64,000 nt of DNA from Antedon mediterranea (taxonomy: Eukaryota > Animalia > Echinodermata), in NCBI RefSeq assembly GCF_964355755.1, contig NC_092673.1, forward strand, positions 7,564,001-7,628,000. Reading direction: 5' to 3'. A program made the translations under genes and the position numbers. The notes beneath the pieces were generated by a model, which was not told where the DNA came from, ran no database searches, and was given only the letters and a program-made list of their open reading frames with translations. Shown here piece after piece: positions 61,043 to 64,000 of the stretch. Numbering within the stretch: position 1 is the first letter of the stretch; each line of letters begins with the position of its first letter.

Positions 61043-63439
61043 CAGTGGCGTATCCAGTAGGGGGAGCCGGGGAGGCCCGGGCGCGATTTTTTTTTTCGTA
61101 CATAAGTTGGGGACCCCCTCATGAAACGTCACAAAATAAACATGAATAATTCATCAGTTAAATTTTCTTGTTCCGTGTTCACCCAAGCGTATAGCAACAA
61201 GAAGTGATTACACAAGTGCGGTACGATTCTAGGCCTATCTCCGCTGTTGTTGCGGCGTGCGATTTCATAGAAGAATAGCGGCGTTTTGTGTGGATTGTCG
61301 AAATAATCAGCCTTTAGTTTATGGTGTTTTTAAATAATTTATTACTAAAGAATTACGTGTTAAAATTATAGTTTCTATTAATACTATTAGGCCTAATTAT
61401 TAGTCTCTAAACCCATGTCTATTCTAGTAGTAGCTGTGTGGGTGTGTGTGACGTGTGTGTGTTAGGTATGACCAAAGATAGTTACACTATCTTTGGTATG
61501 ACACAATCCGAGTAATAAGTCAGCAAAATTAAACAATAAACATTACACAAAAATACATTTTTTATTCTCGTGGGTCAAATCTTCCCATCTCATGTGTTCA
61601 TATACGCGCATTTCCTCTGAGTACATGCATATTGTTTGATAATAAAATAGCAGAATTAAAAAAATACAGTACACAAATTATACACATTCTTTATTCTTGT
61701 GGGTCTAAGCTTTCTTTGGGCTATGTCCAATGAATTACTACTTAGTTTAATGTCTTGCCCAGCTGTCGATTAGCCTCGACTCGACAAATTTTGTGTGAAG
61801 AAGAGTGCGCGAAGGCAATCGCGTGAATTGACTTAGAATCCAGGCCTACTGTTGAAAGTATCGTATCGCAGTTGTGTAATCACTTCTTGTTGCTATACGC
61901 TTGGGTGCACACAGAACAACAAATTTAACTGATGAATTATTCATGTATATTTTGTGACGTTTCATGAGGGGTCCCCAACTTATGTACGAAAAAAAAAATC
62001 GCGGCCCGGGCTCCCCTGATTTCGTTTCCGTCGGCACATCATCGCGGCCGTCGGCAAACAAAGGTGCCGGGGAAAAAAATAAACTATTTATTCTGACAAT
62101 AATTGAACTGTAAACATAATTCTTTTGAGTGTTTGTTTATTTACATATCATATCATCATTGATCCCTTCAGATCAACTATTTTTTATTTTCATTACATCT
62201 AACGAAACACGTAAAAAATGTGTAGCACGTACGTACGGCCGTACGCGGTAGATTGTTTACTCAAAAGTCTTTGACCTTACCCTAAAACATTGTTTTTGCA
62301 TGCAGTTGAGCCTCTCATGACCTGGGATTTGTATGTCTTCCTACGCTAAGAGATTATATAGTTCCACATGCCATGTGCTTTTTTGTCTAAGATATATTTA
62401 TTATAAGTGCCAAAAACCCGGTTTTTTTTCTCGATATGAGGCCTTTATTATTCAAAATTTTTAAAGAAAAAGCACATATACCATAAAAAATATCCATGTA
62501 TTTCATTTTTGGAACAGAATATTCCGTGAGGCTCAACTACAAAACCACCATTTTGTGATATGATGTCATCGTAAGCCAATCAAAGCTGAGCTTTCTCGCG
62601 ATTGGCATTGCTCACGGTTGAATGATTTAGGATTCTAGCTGATTTGATTGGTGGATGCGAATCACCCACAGCGGAATGTTTTCTCTCGCGCGTGTACCAT
62701 GAATCTCTCTGATCGTTACTACACAAAGTTAGAGCAATGAATTTGTCCGAATTCCGTTAAGTAAACAACTTTATATATTTTATAAGCATTTAATAACATG
62801 TTTTATTGATATTTCCAATGGTGATATATAAAATAAATTACTAAAAAACGTAATTATATGTAATTATTTTAACCAAAAATGGCGTAGTTAATAGAATTGT
62901 CGACTGAGGCCGCAAATTGTTTTACTTCTTTCGTGGCTAAAAACGATCATTTTCGGCGATGTTTTAGACCCTATAGGCCTATTTCGAAAACTACAAATCA
63001 GATTTTCCTAATTCTTTCTTTATTGTAATATGAATACAACATACTAACAGATAATGTTGGTTTGGTTTTAATTTTGCATCGTTATCCCATATAAGACAAT
63101 ATGACTATGTAATCCTAGAACATATATTGATACGAGACGTCGTGTATGTACAGATAATAGAGAGCTTTCGCTATCTCGGATCGGGAACGAGAACCAGCAT
63201 TAATTACCGGTTCTCGATCTCGTACTCGTTCAAAAAACCCTTACTTTCTCGGCGGCTCGTTCCCGATCGAGATAGCGAAAGCTCTCTATTATTCTTAAAA
63301 CGAGATCGAGAACCGGTAATTAATGCTGGTTCTCGTTCCCGATCCGAGATAGCGAAAGCTCTCTATTGACACCAATTTTGTCGGCAAATTGGCAATTCCC
63401 CCCCCCCCCCCCAACTTCAAAATCCTGGATACGCCACTG
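61043..63439. mobile_element. Non-autonomous hAT-superfamily element
   Basis: 15-bp perfect TIR CAGTGGCGTATCCAG / CTGGATACGCCACTG; 8-bp TSD CTCTGATG (61035-61042, 63440-63447); no transposase ORF. Confidence 0.9.
63156..63367. mobile_element. Small MITE with an extra inverted copy of its left end
   Basis: aatagagagctttcgctatctcggatcgggaacgag... pairs with 63256-63290 and, over 67 bp, with 63301-63367. Confidence 0.85.
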
Positions 63440-63639
63440 CTCTGATGAACGTACAGTGGAACCCTCTTCCTTCGAAGGCACGTGTCTAAAGTGTTATGAT
63501 GTAGCCTAAAAAATGTGAAATCCTCCTATTATGTTGATATCAATTAGAAATCTAATATTATTACAATTATGAAAAATAAAAAAATGTGCAAAACATAATA
63601 AATAAATAAATGAAAAACGTACAACACAACATTTAAAAA

Positions 63640-63940
63640 GGAAAGTAGAGGAAGTTCAGTTGCATAAATATGACAAACCCATGTGGACGCGACTATACTG
63701 AAACGAGCACAATAAAGGAAGATGAAATGAGAAGATGATGGCTACAGTAGGACATAGGTTAAGGAAACCGACATCGCAAGACATGCGCTGACTTGGAAGA
63801 GGAGGAAAAGATGACGGAGAAAGTATAATCTGTCTAAAATAAATGTTCATACCAAGTAAGTTTAGACGATCCTAATGAACAGAAACCTGGAAGGCACTTG
63901 ATGGCAGCCTATATCCCTGGTGGCGTAAAATGCTTAACGT
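63640..63940 (+). mobile_element. Degraded RTE LINE 3' end
   Basis: Frameshifted traces GHRLRK and DIARHALTW, like the RTE C-terminal motif. Confidence 0.45.
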
Positions 63941-64000
63941 ATAGTGAGGTGAGGCGAGTCCCGTATTCATGAACGTAGGGAAATGATCTGTTAGGAGCTC

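Overview
AT-rich, intron-containing animal genomic DNA, probably from a marine invertebrate deuterostome; the taxon is inferred, not shown. Two spliced genes can be rebuilt by hand on the + strand. (1) The last six coding exons (TM3 to stop) of a GABA-B-like class C GPCR lie at 158-5344, with a decayed partial duplicate about 54 kb downstream (about 56.2-60.7 kb). (2) A complete six-exon gene (8112-49560; 1518 nt CDS, 505 aa, all splice phases consistent, one GC-AG intron) encodes an N-terminal signal anchor, an FkbM-type SAM-dependent methyltransferase and a catalytically degenerate NodB/CE4 polysaccharide-deacetylase-like domain. This candidate secretory-pathway glycan O-methyltransferase is the most interesting object in the window. 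Its introns contain a 53/48-bp satellite, a 60-bp satellite with higher-order structure interrupted by a full-length Gmr1-type LTR retrotransposon (integrase before RT), several LINEs, and nested or fold-back DNA-transposon relics. Downstream lie a Helentron/DINE-like element, a Rex1/Babar LINE, a DIRS relic, a hAT element and MITEs. No CRISPR array, rRNA or intact tRNA was found. All coordinates and alignments were read by eye.
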